64,000 bases of DNA from contig OY776562.1 of assembly GCA_963675785.1 (NCBI GenBank), positions 992,001 through 1,056,000 of the forward strand. Reading direction: 5' to 3'. Every line of letters starts with the position of its first letter. Position 1 is the stretch's first letter. This DNA is from Anaerolineae bacterium. Its GTDB lineage: Bacteria; Chloroflexota; Anaerolineae; UBA1429. The notes under the pieces are model-generated. The model saw nothing but the letters and a program-made list of their open reading frames with translations, searched no databases and was not told the origin of the DNA. Made by a program: the position numbers and the translations under genes. Shown piece after piece: positions 35,225-45,175 of this stretch.

Positions 35225-37492
35225 ATGAAGGCGGAAAGCAAAGAGAACGATGATACGGCACTGATTGCAGAACAGGTGCCAACGCCAGTATTGCGATGTC
35301 TGGAGACGGAAGGTGGCAGCCCCTTCCGATTGACACTTGTATGCAAGTCCGATCTCGCACCCAACGGTGAATTTGGTGAACAATGGCTGCTCCTCGATGA
35401 AGAGACATTCTATGTGGTGAGCCGTTCCGTAGATGGGGCGGACCTTCGCTATAAATATGACCTTGCTCGTATTTCTGATGCGCACATTGAGCGCTGTGTC
35501 GGCAATGGGCTCTTGAGTTTGACTGTCGATGACGAACCGCAGGTTGTGCTTCACTTTTCCAACGAGCTTGGCAAAGAGTTTGGGGCTATCGCCCAATACC
35601 TTCATATGCGCGCATCAGAAGGTGTGGATGTGGATATCCCCGATATTCATGCTGACGCCAACCGTTGTATCTATTGTGGACGTCCTCTTCTCGATTCTAC
35701 GAGTAGAGTTTGCCCGAGGTGCATCCAAAAGAGTCAGGTGTTCAAGCGACTCATGTCACTAGCTAGCCCACACAGGGGTGCTATAGTCCTGATCACCGTG
35801 CTGCTTTTGGGCATTGTGGCGATTGACCTGACGCCGCCGTACTTGCAGCGAATCCTTATCGACCAAGTTTTGGTTCAAGGCGGCAGTTACAAGCTGTTAC
35901 TGTGGCTTGTTTTGGGGCTGTTGGGCTTGCGCATGGTGCGCGTAGGCGTGGTGATCTGGAAGAACCGCCTAACCATCGGCGTGGGCAGCCGCTTTACGGC
36001 CGAAATGCGTGAGAAACTGTTTGATCACGTCAAAGATCTACCCGTCGAGTACTTTGAAAAGGCCCAGACTGGCCGCTTGATGACCAGAATCAATACAGAT
36101 ACGGATGAGCTTCAAGGGCTGATATCCGAGTTGACCATGGCGCTTATGCGCATCATGACGGTCATTGGCATCAGTGTCGTCCTGTTCAGCATGTCGCCAT
36201 CCTTAGGTTGGTATGGGCTGATCCCGACGCCATTGGTGATGCTGGCTGCATATCTCTACTATCGGCGAATGCGTCCGCATTTTCGCAGGCGCTGGATGGC
36301 GCGCCGCCGCTTTAACGCCATGCTAAATACTTTTTTGAGCGGCGTTCGCGTTGTCAAGGCGTTTGGCCAGGAGCAACTGGAAGAGCGGCGTTACAAGGCT
36401 CATAACGACGCTTATCTGAATAGTATCTTACAGGTCGATTTAGCCTGGTCGCGCTTTTTCCCTATTGCTTCATTTGCTTTTGGGGCTGGCGGCTTGATTA
36501 TTTGGTACGTGGGCGGGCGCTCCGTCATGGCCGGGCAGATTACTGTAGGCACCCTGATCGCCTTTCTGGGTTACCTGGGTATGTTTTACGGCCCGCTCTC
36601 AGAGCTCACCAACGTCTCGCAATCGCTCAACCGCTTTGTGACGATTGCGCAGGGGCTTTTCGATCTGTTGGATGAAGAAGCTCAGCCGCAGCCGGTGCGA
36701 CCGGTGCGTCGCGAGTTGTTGAATGGCGGCATCGTGTTCGATAACGTGAGCTTTGGCTACGATCCCTACAATCCAGTGATCCGCGATCTCTCGATGAAAA
36801 TCGAGCCGGGCGAACTGATTGGTGTGGTCGGTCACAGCGGCGCTGGCAAATCGACGCTTATCAACCTACTGTGCCGCTTTTATGATGTGACCAATGGCTC
36901 TATTCGCATCGACGGTATCGACTTGCGCGATATGTCGATGGACGATATCCGCCGGAATATTGGCGTCGTGCTCCAGCAGCCTTACCTATTTGCCGGCACT
37001 GTTGCCGAGAACCTGGCATACGGTATGCCCAATGCCAAGCGAATTGACATAATTCGAGCGGCCAAGGCTGCAAACGCGCATGATTTTATCACGATGATGC
37101 CAGAAGGTTATGACACCATGGTTGGTGAGGGCGGCGGTGGTCTTTCGGGTGGAGAGCGGCAGCGCGTTTCCATCGCTCGAGCCATCTTGAACGACCCGCG
37201 CATCCTGATACTGGATGAAGCAACTTCATCGGTAGATACCAAGACCGAGCGGCAGATTCAGGAAGCGTTGGACCATCTGGTGCAGGGGCGTACCACCATT
37301 GCCATTGCCCACCGTCTTTCGACGCTTTCGAACGCGAATCGCATTGTGGTGATGAATCACGGGCGCATTGAAGAAGAGGGCGAACCGCAGGCACTTCTTG
37401 ATAAGAAGGGGGCCTTCTATGACCTGGTGCAGTTGCAGAACCGTTTCAGCCGTTACCAGGAGCATGCGGAACTACTAGGAGCAGCGAAATGA
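35225..37492 (+). CDS. ABC exporter (TMD+NBD) with N-terminal extension and CxxC...CxxC motif
   Basis: GHSGAGKST, LSGGERQR, ILDEATS, IAHRL; N-terminal CIYC...CPRC. Confidence 0.92.
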   Translation: MKAESKENDDTALIAEQVPTPVLRCLETEGGSPFRLTLVCKSDLAPNGEFGEQWLLLDEETFYVVSRSVDGADLRYKYDLARISDAHIERCVGNGLLSLTVDDEPQVVLHFSNELGKEFGAIAQYLHMRASEGVDVDIPDIHADANRCIYCGRPLLDSTSRVCPRCIQKSQVFKRLMSLASPHRGAIVLITVLLLGIVAIDLTPPYLQRILIDQVLVQGGSYKLLLWLVLGLLGLRMVRVGVVIWKNRLTIGVGSRFTAEMREKLFDHVKDLPVEYFEKAQTGRLMTRINTDTDELQGLISELTMALMRIMTVIGISVVLFSMSPSLGWYGLIPTPLVMLAAYLYYRRMRPHFRRRWMARRRFNAMLNTFLSGVRVVKAFGQEQLEERRYKAHNDAYLNSILQVDLAWSRFFPIASFAFGAGGLIIWYVGGRSVMAGQITVGTLIAFLGYLGMFYGPLSELTNVSQSLNRFVTIAQGLFDLLDEEAQPQPVRPVRRELLNGGIVFDNVSFGYDPYNPVIRDLSMKIEPGELIGVVGHSGAGKSTLINLLCRFYDVTNGSIRIDGIDLRDMSMDDIRRNIGVVLQQPYLFAGTVAENLAYGMPNAKRIDIIRAAKAANAHDFITMMPEGYDTMVGEGGGGLSGGERQRVSIARAILNDPRILILDEATSSVDTKTERQIQEALDHLVQGRTTIAIAHRLSTLSNANRIVVMNHGRIEEEGEPQALLDKKGAFYDLVQLQNRFSRYQEHAELLGAAK

Positions 37493-38004
37493 CAGCAAGT
37501 TATGAGATTCGCGAGCTGACCCCTTTTGAGGTCCGTTTTGCCAAGAATAGAGATAACCTGACATTGACCCTCTCAGACGGCACGTTTTACGGCCGTACCG
37601 AGCTTCGGCGCTGCTTTCCAATGTCTGAAGGCACACAGTTTATCTCGGTTCGTGATCCCAATACTGATGATCATGATGAGATTGGGGTCATCATGGATTA
37701 TGGTCTGCTTAGCGAGGCGGATCGGGAGTTGGTGGAAGAGGCACTGGAGCTTTTTTACTTTGTGCCCAAGATCACCCAGGTGCGCAGCGTCAAAGAAGAG
37801 TTCGGCTTTTTGTACTGGCAAGTGTTGACAGACAAAGGCGAACTAGAATTTGTTATGCGAGACAGCATCATGTCGTATGTGCGTGAGGTCAGTGCTACGC
37901 GGTATGTAGTGATTGACATCAACAAAACGCGCTACGAGATACCAGATCTACTGGCTCTTGATTCCCACAGTCAGGGGCTAGTTAGACGGATGCTGTGCAT
38001 ATAA
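37489..38004 (+). CDS. DUF1854-like protein
   Basis: RRCFP....FISV, EIG.I, YFVPKI, W.V.TDKG, DINKTRYEI; overlaps the ABC gene stop. Confidence 0.75.
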   Translation: MTASYEIRELTPFEVRFAKNRDNLTLTLSDGTFYGRTELRRCFPMSEGTQFISVRDPNTDDHDEIGVIMDYGLLSEADRELVEEALELFYFVPKITQVRSVKEEFGFLYWQVLTDKGELEFVMRDSIMSYVREVSATRYVVIDINKTRYEIPDLLALDSHSQGLVRRMLCI

Positions 38005-38036
38005 ACCGGAGTTAATCCGGCACAACCCTCCACAGT

Positions 38037-38072
38037 GCAAGAGGGGCTGGCCTTATGGCCAGCCCCTCTTGC
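38037..38072. terminator. hairpin between convergent genes
   Basis: GCAAGAGGGGCTGGCC-TTAT-GGCCAGCCCCTCTTGC, perfect 16-bp stem. Confidence 0.75.
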
Positions 38073-38075
38073 CGT

Positions 38076-38459
38076 TTATGATGGTTCAGATGCCAGACGA
38101 TGTCGTCTGATCGATGTTTCCATCTTGGAGGCACAATTGACACACAATGCCGCCTCGGGAATCAGTTCTAGCCGGGCTTCAGGAATCTCTACGCCGCACA
38201 TCTCACATGTGCCATATGTGCCATCTTCAACACGCTGAATTGCGTGTTCGACGTTGAGAAGACGTTCTCGTAGATTATTGATTAGCGATAACGTCTTGCC
38301 GCGCTCGTAAATTGCATCGGCGACATCTGCTTGATCATCATCGCCCGGTTGTGCTGTCTCGATCTCATCATGCAATGAATCTTCTTTTCGATCAATCTCT
38401 CGCACAATCTTTTCTTGCAGTGCTTGAAGCATCTGCAACGTGCTTTCGGTGTCCACCAT
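38076..38459 (-). CDS. DksA/TraR-family C4 zinc-finger protein
   Basis: DQADVA coiled-coil tip, GTYGTCEMCG..IPEARL..P.A.LCVNC. Confidence 0.9.
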   Translation of the reverse strand: MVDTESTLQMLQALQEKIVREIDRKEDSLHDEIETAQPGDDDQADVADAIYERGKTLSLINNLRERLLNVEHAIQRVEDGTYGTCEMCGVEIPEARLELIPEAALCVNCASKMETSIRRHRLASEPS

Positions 38460-38476
38460 AGCTTTTACTCCTATGG

Positions 38477-38989
38477 CTAATATTGTATGACGCTGAACAC
38501 GTCATAATCGGCCAGCTTTTCGCGGCCGTGAAGGAACAACAGCTCTACAACGAACGCTGCTCCCACGACTTGGCCGCCCAGTTGTTCAACCAGGCGGATG
38601 CTTGCCTCCGCAGAACCCCCAGTGGCAAGCAGATCATCTACGACAAGCACACGCTGCCCTGGCTTGATGGCATCTGTATGCATCTCCAGGGAATTGGTAC
38701 CATATTCCAAACTGTATTCTATGGATATGGATTCGGCAGGCAGCTTGCCTGGTTTTCGCACCGGCACAAAACCAGCACCGAGAGCTAAGGCTAGGGGTGC
38801 GCCAAAGATAAACCCTCGTGATTCGATGGCAGCCACGGCATCGATCTTTTCACTCTGATAGTGTTCGACGAGTGCATCTACAGCGGCTTTGAACCCATCC
38901 GGATCTTGAAGAAGGGTGGTGATATCTTTAAAGAGCACGCCTTCTGCAGGAAAGTCCGGAATATCACGGATGAGTGCGGCCAGGTCCAT
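38477..38989 (-). CDS. apt: adenine phosphoribosyltransferase
   Basis: PDFP..G.LFKDIT, ESRGF, RKPGKLP, LEYG, VDDLLATGGS. Confidence 0.96.
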   Translation of the reverse strand: MDLAALIRDIPDFPAEGVLFKDITTLLQDPDGFKAAVDALVEHYQSEKIDAVAAIESRGFIFGAPLALALGAGFVPVRKPGKLPAESISIEYSLEYGTNSLEMHTDAIKPGQRVLVVDDLLATGGSAEASIRLVEQLGGQVVGAAFVVELLFLHGREKLADYDVFSVIQY

Positions 38990-39146
38990 CGATCATTTCT
39001 CCCTTCAGACACCGGCGTCAATACAAGAAACGACACCCGGACGCTTCAACGCGCAAGGGTGACGTACTGGGTGCCCCAATAACTATGAATGCGGCTCGGG
39101 CAAATGCCGCGAGTCGCTTGACGTTCTGTACATTTGATTGTCGCAA

Positions 39147-39175
39147 ATTATAGCACCGCACAGAGCCAGAGTCAA
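39147..39175 (-). promoter_or_regulatory. sigma70-type promoter of apt-dksA
   Basis: Minus strand TTGACT - 17 nt (ending TGc) - TATAAT. Confidence 0.7.
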
Positions 39176-39290
39176 GGGTTTTCGCTGCATGGAATCGAAC
39201 TCGTGCAGGCTCCTTTGCTTGATGCACAAGTACTTTTCCTGTTAAACTGCGCACGCTGTGGATCAGATCAGTTTAGCCTTGGGAGAAATC

Positions 39291-40796
39291 ATGTCAGAGC
39301 GTCCGAATATTCTGTTTTTGCAGAGCGATCAACATCGTTGGGATGCCCTCGGTTGTGTTAATCCAATCGTGCAAACCCCGAATCTGGATGCGCTGGCGGC
39401 ACGCGGCATCCGTTTCGATCAAGCGGTATGCAATATTCCCATGTGTGTGCCCAGCCGCTATTCCATGATGATGGGACTCTATGGCTCGCTGGTTGGCTAT
39501 CGCCATAACACTACTTGGTCATATGCTGATGCCGATCTGCCAGCACCCGTGCTGCCCCAGATGATGGCGAATGCTGGTTATCAGACGGCAGGTTTTGGCA
39601 AGACGCACTGGTATATCGGTTATCGCATGATGCCCGAGATCGAGCCAGAGCATTCGACGCGCGGGTTTCAACACCGAGTATTGCAGAGTTATCTACGCCC
39701 TGAGAATGGCGATCATGAGGAGCCGGCTATTCTTCAGTGGGATGAGGAACGTGAGTGGGTTCAGGAACTGGAGGCAGAGCGCATGATTGATGGTGTCAAT
39801 CATGGCGGAGAGTCGGTCATTGGCTACAAGGGCTTTACCAGCGGCGTCCCTGGCCAGCATCATGCTGAAGGATATCTCACGCGCAAATGCCTGGATTGGC
39901 TCGACAAGGGTCGTGATCCCCAGCGGCCCTTCTTTCTCTACCTTTCTTTTGACAAACCCCACGCTGCCAATATTGTTCCCCCAGGTTATGAGGAGCGTTA
40001 CAATTTGGCTGATATTCCCGAGCGTCTGTTACCACCCTGGGGGCGTCCAGACGAGTTTCATGTACCCATGGATAGGCGGGCCGAGGACTGGAGCGGCCAG
40101 AGTTCTGAAGCACAGCGCCTGTGTACGTTGCGTTATTATGCCCTTTGTACTTATGTTGATGAACTCTATGGTCATGTATTGGCCGAGTTAGAGCAGCTGG
40201 GTGAGTTGGATAACACCATGATCCTTTTTACAGCGGATCATGGGGAGATGCTAGGCGATCGTGGACACCGCTTTAGCAAGTATAGCCTCTATGATGATTC
40301 AATTCGTGTTCCGCTCATTGTGGCCGGGCCGCAGGTGCCCTACGCGTCACGCGGCACGGTGGATCATCGACCTGCTGAACTGGTAGACGTGGTGCCCACG
40401 CTAATGCACGCTGTTGGGGAAGATCACGATCCCACCAGTTCGGGGATCAGTTTGTTTCGCAAACCAGAAAAGCGCGGAACTTTTACAGAAATGCATGGTT
40501 CAGGTTATGAAACTTTGCAACATGCACCGGCCTATTGCTGGCGGAGTGATGGTTGGAAACTCATCGTTTATATGGACGGCGATCTTGAGGGAGCTTTCTC
40601 TCGGGTTGGCGAGGCATCGGGTGAGCTTTACAATCTGGATGCTGATCCTGAAGAGTGGACTAACCTGTGGAATATTCAAGAATACGCGCCTCGGCGCGAG
40701 CAGCTATTGCGCGAATTGTTGATGCATCTGGCAGTGGCCAGCGCACGCTACCCTCAGTGCTGCTCACGAGCCCACATTGCTTCGCAAGGCTGTTAG
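39291..40796 (+). CDS. sulfatase (formylglycine-dependent, Cys-type)
   Basis: PNILFLQSDQHR, CVPSR (CxPxR), GKTH, KPH, ADHG. Confidence 0.92.
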   Translation: MSERPNILFLQSDQHRWDALGCVNPIVQTPNLDALAARGIRFDQAVCNIPMCVPSRYSMMMGLYGSLVGYRHNTTWSYADADLPAPVLPQMMANAGYQTAGFGKTHWYIGYRMMPEIEPEHSTRGFQHRVLQSYLRPENGDHEEPAILQWDEEREWVQELEAERMIDGVNHGGESVIGYKGFTSGVPGQHHAEGYLTRKCLDWLDKGRDPQRPFFLYLSFDKPHAANIVPPGYEERYNLADIPERLLPPWGRPDEFHVPMDRRAEDWSGQSSEAQRLCTLRYYALCTYVDELYGHVLAELEQLGELDNTMILFTADHGEMLGDRGHRFSKYSLYDDSIRVPLIVAGPQVPYASRGTVDHRPAELVDVVPTLMHAVGEDHDPTSSGISLFRKPEKRGTFTEMHGSGYETLQHAPAYCWRSDGWKLIVYMDGDLEGAFSRVGEASGELYNLDADPEEWTNLWNIQEYAPRREQLLRELLMHLAVASARYPQCCSRAHIASQGC

Positions 40797-40797
40797 G

Positions 40798-41421
40798 ATG
40801 ACTGTTTTGGTCGAGACTCCCATTTTATATGGCGAGCGTGTGTTGCTTCGGCGCGCCGTGCTGCGTGATGCCCAGGATCGCCTAGCTTGTGGCGCCGATC
40901 CCGAGCTGACTCGCCTCTACGGCGGCGATCCCTCGCAGGTTCATGCTATGACGGCGGACGATGCTGAAGGCTGGGCGCAAAAGATGATCGATAGCGATAA
41001 CCCCTATTCTTGGGTGATTGCCGTGAACGCTGGCGAGGCTGACCCGGTAGGCAAGTGCGTGGGCACAGTCCGGCTGCATTCACTCGATGCCCACGACCAT
41101 CGGGCACGTTATGCCATCGGCATTTTTGATGCACACTATCGCGGCAAGGGCTATGGCCGCGAGGTAACCAAGCTCGTGTTGGATTACGCGTTTGGCGTTT
41201 TGAACCTGCATCGTGTGGATTTACGCGTTCTTGAATTCAACAGTGTGGCCATCGCCTGCTATCAAGCCTGCGGCTTTGCAGTAGAGGGGAGAGAACGGGA
41301 GAGCTGCTGCATCCAGGGCGAGTGGTATGACGATATCATGATGAGTATTCTACAAGAGGAGTGGCAACAGCTTGATAAGCGCTATATCCATGGCCAAGAT
41401 TCTATTCGGTCATATGTGTGA
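40798..41421 (+). CDS. RimJ/RimL-family GNAT acetyltransferase
   Basis: YRGKGYGRE, LHRVDLRVLEFN..AI..Y...GF..EG..RE. Confidence 0.9.
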   Translation: MTVLVETPILYGERVLLRRAVLRDAQDRLACGADPELTRLYGGDPSQVHAMTADDAEGWAQKMIDSDNPYSWVIAVNAGEADPVGKCVGTVRLHSLDAHDHRARYAIGIFDAHYRGKGYGREVTKLVLDYAFGVLNLHRVDLRVLEFNSVAIACYQACGFAVEGRERESCCIQGEWYDDIMMSILQEEWQQLDKRYIHGQDSIRSYV

Positions 41422-41520
41422 TGCGGCTATCGACATTTGGGGATATAACTATGGCTACAGCGAGAGCGGTTTTCGATTGATCGATTGGTCTTGGACACAC
41501 ACAAAGGTATTGACATAATT

Positions 41521-42300
41521 ATGGCAAATGTGCTTTTCGTACTCAAAAAACTCGTTTCACGATTGCTATTCCCGGCACCAGTCATTGCTATTGTGTTGCT
41601 GGTTGGCGTGCTGCTGCTCTGGTTCAGCAAGCGCCGTCAAAAGTTGGGCAAAATCCTAGTTTCTGTATCGTTGGTTTTGTTTTTGTTGGGTACCAACGGG
41701 ACGGTGGTGGCCTATATATGCGCACCGCTAGACCGCATGTATGATGCTTATGGTGTGACTGACAATCCTGTGCCGGTGGATTACGTGGTAGTGTTGGGCG
41801 GTGGGCATTCCGATGATGAGACACTCTCGCCCATGGGCAAACTTGCGACGGAAACCGCGGTCAGGGTGGCTGAGGGAATTCGCGTTTACCTGATGAATCC
41901 AGGCAGTAAACTTGTCCTGGCGGGCGGCACAGTGTGGGAGCCCACGCCTGAAGCGGTCAACATGCAGGCTATGGCCATTGCCCTGGGTGTTCCTGAAGAG
42001 GATATCATTCTAGAGACGGAATCACGCGATACTGACGATCAGGCCAGGCTCATTGGTGCTATTGTGGGCGATAGTCCGTTTGCACTGGTTACTTCAGGGC
42101 TGCACATGGTGCGTTCGATGAAACTGTTTGAGGCTCAGGGCCTGGATCCGATTCCTGCACCTACGGCACAGCGCGTCAAGGGCGGCGGAGGCTTTGATCC
42201 GACGGGACTCTATCCCGATGCCAGCAAGCTGGCCGATTTGCGCATTGCCGTGTATGAATACATTGGTTTGGCCTGGGGCTGGGTTAGGGGGCTGTACTAG
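41521..42300 (+). CDS. ElyC/YdcF (DUF218) family envelope protein
   Basis: VVLGGG, ESRDT, LVTSGLHM.RS, YEYIG; N-terminal TMs. Confidence 0.88.
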   Translation: MANVLFVLKKLVSRLLFPAPVIAIVLLVGVLLLWFSKRRQKLGKILVSVSLVLFLLGTNGTVVAYICAPLDRMYDAYGVTDNPVPVDYVVVLGGGHSDDETLSPMGKLATETAVRVAEGIRVYLMNPGSKLVLAGGTVWEPTPEAVNMQAMAIALGVPEEDIILETESRDTDDQARLIGAIVGDSPFALVTSGLHMVRSMKLFEAQGLDPIPAPTAQRVKGGGGFDPTGLYPDASKLADLRIAVYEYIGLAWGWVRGLY

Positions 42301-43571
42301 GAAGCGGATGCTACCAGTTCTTCTGTCTCGTCAGGGTCTTCTTCAGTATGAGCTTGAGGCAGTACGATGGCGAGGAGAAGCGCTGGAATGCCGACAAGCG
42401 CGCCGAGCAAAAAGAACTGTTGGTAGCCTGCGTTATCGATGAGCACGCCACCACCTTGAGCAATGAGGACAAAGGCAGCGCCTGCAGAAGCACACCATAT
42501 GCCTGACATGCGGGGGCGTTCATGCGGCTTGATGAGCCGCATCTGATACTCTGAGCTTGCGGCAAAGAACAGGGCAGCGATGCTTGTTTCAGCCACAATG
42601 CTGACGACGGCGGCAATGGGCGTTCTGAACAGACCGATTGGTAGGGCGAATAAACCCATTAGTGTGACTGAGAGAACGATGCTTGTCTTTGAGCCGACGC
42701 GTTCTGTGATCGACGAAGCCGAAAACGCGGCTATTACCGCCACTGCGATGGCGGTGGCATTGATCATACTGATGGTCGGCGTGGATAGGGCGAGTTGGCT
42801 GTCTAGATATGCGTTGCCGAATATCTGTACAGCTGCCTGCGACATCACGCCAAGAAATCCGAGCAGACCAACCAAAATAAATGGTTTTCGCGTTGTGGGG
42901 GGCAGTGTCTTTTGTTGATTACTGCTAAAAGTGGGCGATTCCAACGGTCCTAATTTCAGCAGTGGCCATAACGTCAAGGCTATAATTCCAAAGGATATCC
43001 ACAATCCAAAGCTGTAAGCCGCGGCAGAATTTGCCCTAATACCGGGCAGTAACAGTGCAATCCCCGGGAGCGCCCCGGCCATTAGGACGCCGATAAGGCG
43101 GCCGATGTTGCGCACGCCGATATTCATACCAAGTGCCCGTCCGCGCTGTCGCGGTCTAGCTGATGCAGAGTAGGCTGGTGGTTCCAGCGATGTGACCAAA
43201 CCCCAACCGAGACTGGCGCTTCCGTTGATCAGGGCCATCCAGAGCGTAGGCCAGGGACCACCCAGGAATTGTGCAAAGGGAAGCAAACCCATGCCCAGGG
43301 CGATGGTCATGGCACCGAGGATAAGCGTTTTCTGCAATCCCAAGCGCTTGGCTATTTTTGCGGAGAAAAGACTGCTGAGGGCATAGCAGGCTGAGCCAGT
43401 GGCGGATACGGCGCCAATAGCGCTGGCCGAAAGTCCTAATCGTAATTGAAACAGCACACCGAGCACGCCGTTGATACCGATCAATGAGGTGCCGTAAAGT
43501 GTGGATGCTGTCAGGAGAAGATACACCTGCCTGGAGAAAGGAGGCACGAACCGCTGAAAACGCCTTATCAT
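42297..43571 (-). CDS. MFS transporter
   Basis: 424 aa, about 12 hydrophobic segments, AKRLG.K and ERVG.K loop motifs. Confidence 0.85.
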   Translation of the reverse strand: MIRRFQRFVPPFSRQVYLLLTASTLYGTSLIGINGVLGVLFQLRLGLSASAIGAVSATGSACYALSSLFSAKIAKRLGLQKTLILGAMTIALGMGLLPFAQFLGGPWPTLWMALINGSASLGWGLVTSLEPPAYSASARPRQRGRALGMNIGVRNIGRLIGVLMAGALPGIALLLPGIRANSAAAYSFGLWISFGIIALTLWPLLKLGPLESPTFSSNQQKTLPPTTRKPFILVGLLGFLGVMSQAAVQIFGNAYLDSQLALSTPTISMINATAIAVAVIAAFSASSITERVGSKTSIVLSVTLMGLFALPIGLFRTPIAAVVSIVAETSIAALFFAASSEYQMRLIKPHERPRMSGIWCASAGAAFVLIAQGGGVLIDNAGYQQFFLLGALVGIPALLLAIVLPQAHTEEDPDETEELVASAS

Positions 43572-43799
43572 GAATCCCTCATCAATCTATATACATGCAG
43601 GATCAAGCGCAACGTCAGAGGAAGAGCCGCGCATCAGAGGCAGGTAATTCACTCGTAGGGCCGTGATGCGCTTTTTGTCTGCCCCACGATGGACATACTT
43701 TATATTGTCATCTAAAATCGGCACGCCCTGCGCAAAGCAGGACATATACACGAGTCTATGGTCTAGTTGAATCCTGTCAACTTGCTATGAAGGAGTTCT

Positions 43800-45128
43800 A
43801 TGCCATTTGTGCGTACGCAGGCTGAACATTTCTCCCAGTCAATGGTGCATTGTCGTCGTGACTTTCATCAACACCCCGAGATGGGCTGGACCGAGTTCCG
43901 CACCGCTTCGCTGGTTGCGGAACGTCTTGATTCCCTTGGCTGGCAAGTTCATATTGGCTCTGAGGTGGTTGATTCAGCTTCACGAATGGGACTGCCAGAC
44001 GAGGATGTGCTCGAGACGTGCTGGCAGCGGGCCAAACAAGAGGGCGCGCCAGAGTTCTGGCTGGATCGCGTGCGCGGTGGATTTACAGGCGTGGTAGGTA
44101 TTCTTGATTGTGGCCCTGGGCCGACTCTGGCCATGCGTTTTGATATGGATGCGTTGGGTGTGCAAGAGAGTTTGGATGACGCCCATCGCCCGACGAGGGA
44201 AGGGTTTGCTTCACAGCATGACGGCGTCATGCATGCTTGCGGCCATGATGCCCACACATCGGTTGGACTGGCCGTGGCCGAGGCTTTGTACGCACTCAAG
44301 GATGATCTGCATGGACAAATTCGACTAGTGTTTCAGCCGGCAGAAGAAGGCGTGCGTGGCGCTCTCTCGATGGTCAAGGCGGGGGTTTTGGATGGGGTCG
44401 ACTATTTTGTCGGGCATCACGTAACAACGAGCCGAGCCTGCAAAGAGATGATTGCGGGCATGGGCGGCTGGACGGCAACCCAAAAGTTCGATGTTTTTTT
44501 CCGCGGTGAGCCAGCACATGCCGGTGGAAATCCACAGGGTGGGCACAATGCTCTGCTAGCTGCTGCCGCGGCTGTAACCGGCTTGTATGCCATTCCTCGT
44601 CATAGTGATGGCCCTACACGCGTCAATGTAGGTCAACTGTTCGCGGGCACGGGGCGTAATGTCATTCCTGATCGGGCGCAAATGCTCTGTGAGGTGCGCG
44701 GCGTCGATACCGAGCTCTGTGCCTATATGTATGAAAAAGCTTTGTGCGTGGTGGCTGCTGCCGCCGACATGTATGGGTGTTCTGCCGAGGTCAAGGAAAT
44801 GGGCAGTGCGCCGTCCGCTTCCAGTTCGCCCGAGTTGGCCGAGCGCGTGGTGAGTTTAGCAGCGCAGGCAATGCCTTATATCGCCTTCTTCCCGGCTGTA
44901 GCTTCTGGTGGCAGCGAGGATGCCACCTATATGATGCGGGCGGTGCAAGAAAGCAAGGGACAGGCTGTGATGATAGGCATAGGAGCAGACTATGCCATTG
45001 CTGATTATCCAGGGGCAGCGGAAAAGCCTCCTCTTGCGGCGCATACTTCGACCTTTGATATCAACGAAGGGGCTATGGTTGAAGCGCTGGATCTGTTGTG
45101 TAACCTGGCGCTAGATCTTCTGGCCTAA
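43800..45128 (+). CDS. M20D amidohydrolase (AbgA-like)
   Basis: RRDFHQHPE, RFDMDAL, MHACGHD, FQPAEEG, GSED. Confidence 0.92.
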   Translation: MPFVRTQAEHFSQSMVHCRRDFHQHPEMGWTEFRTASLVAERLDSLGWQVHIGSEVVDSASRMGLPDEDVLETCWQRAKQEGAPEFWLDRVRGGFTGVVGILDCGPGPTLAMRFDMDALGVQESLDDAHRPTREGFASQHDGVMHACGHDAHTSVGLAVAEALYALKDDLHGQIRLVFQPAEEGVRGALSMVKAGVLDGVDYFVGHHVTTSRACKEMIAGMGGWTATQKFDVFFRGEPAHAGGNPQGGHNALLAAAAAVTGLYAIPRHSDGPTRVNVGQLFAGTGRNVIPDRAQMLCEVRGVDTELCAYMYEKALCVVAAAADMYGCSAEVKEMGSAPSASSSPELAERVVSLAAQAMPYIAFFPAVASGGSEDATYMMRAVQESKGQAVMIGIGADYAIADYPGAAEKPPLAAHTSTFDINEGAMVEALDLLCNLALDLLA

Positions 45129-45133
45129 AATGA

Positions 45134-45161
45134 GAGGATGCAGTTTGTCTTCTGCATCCTC
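45134..45161. terminator. hairpin between convergent genes
   Basis: GAGGATGCAG / CTGCATCCTC. Confidence 0.6.
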
Positions 45162-45175
45162 CAATGTGGTTCTCT

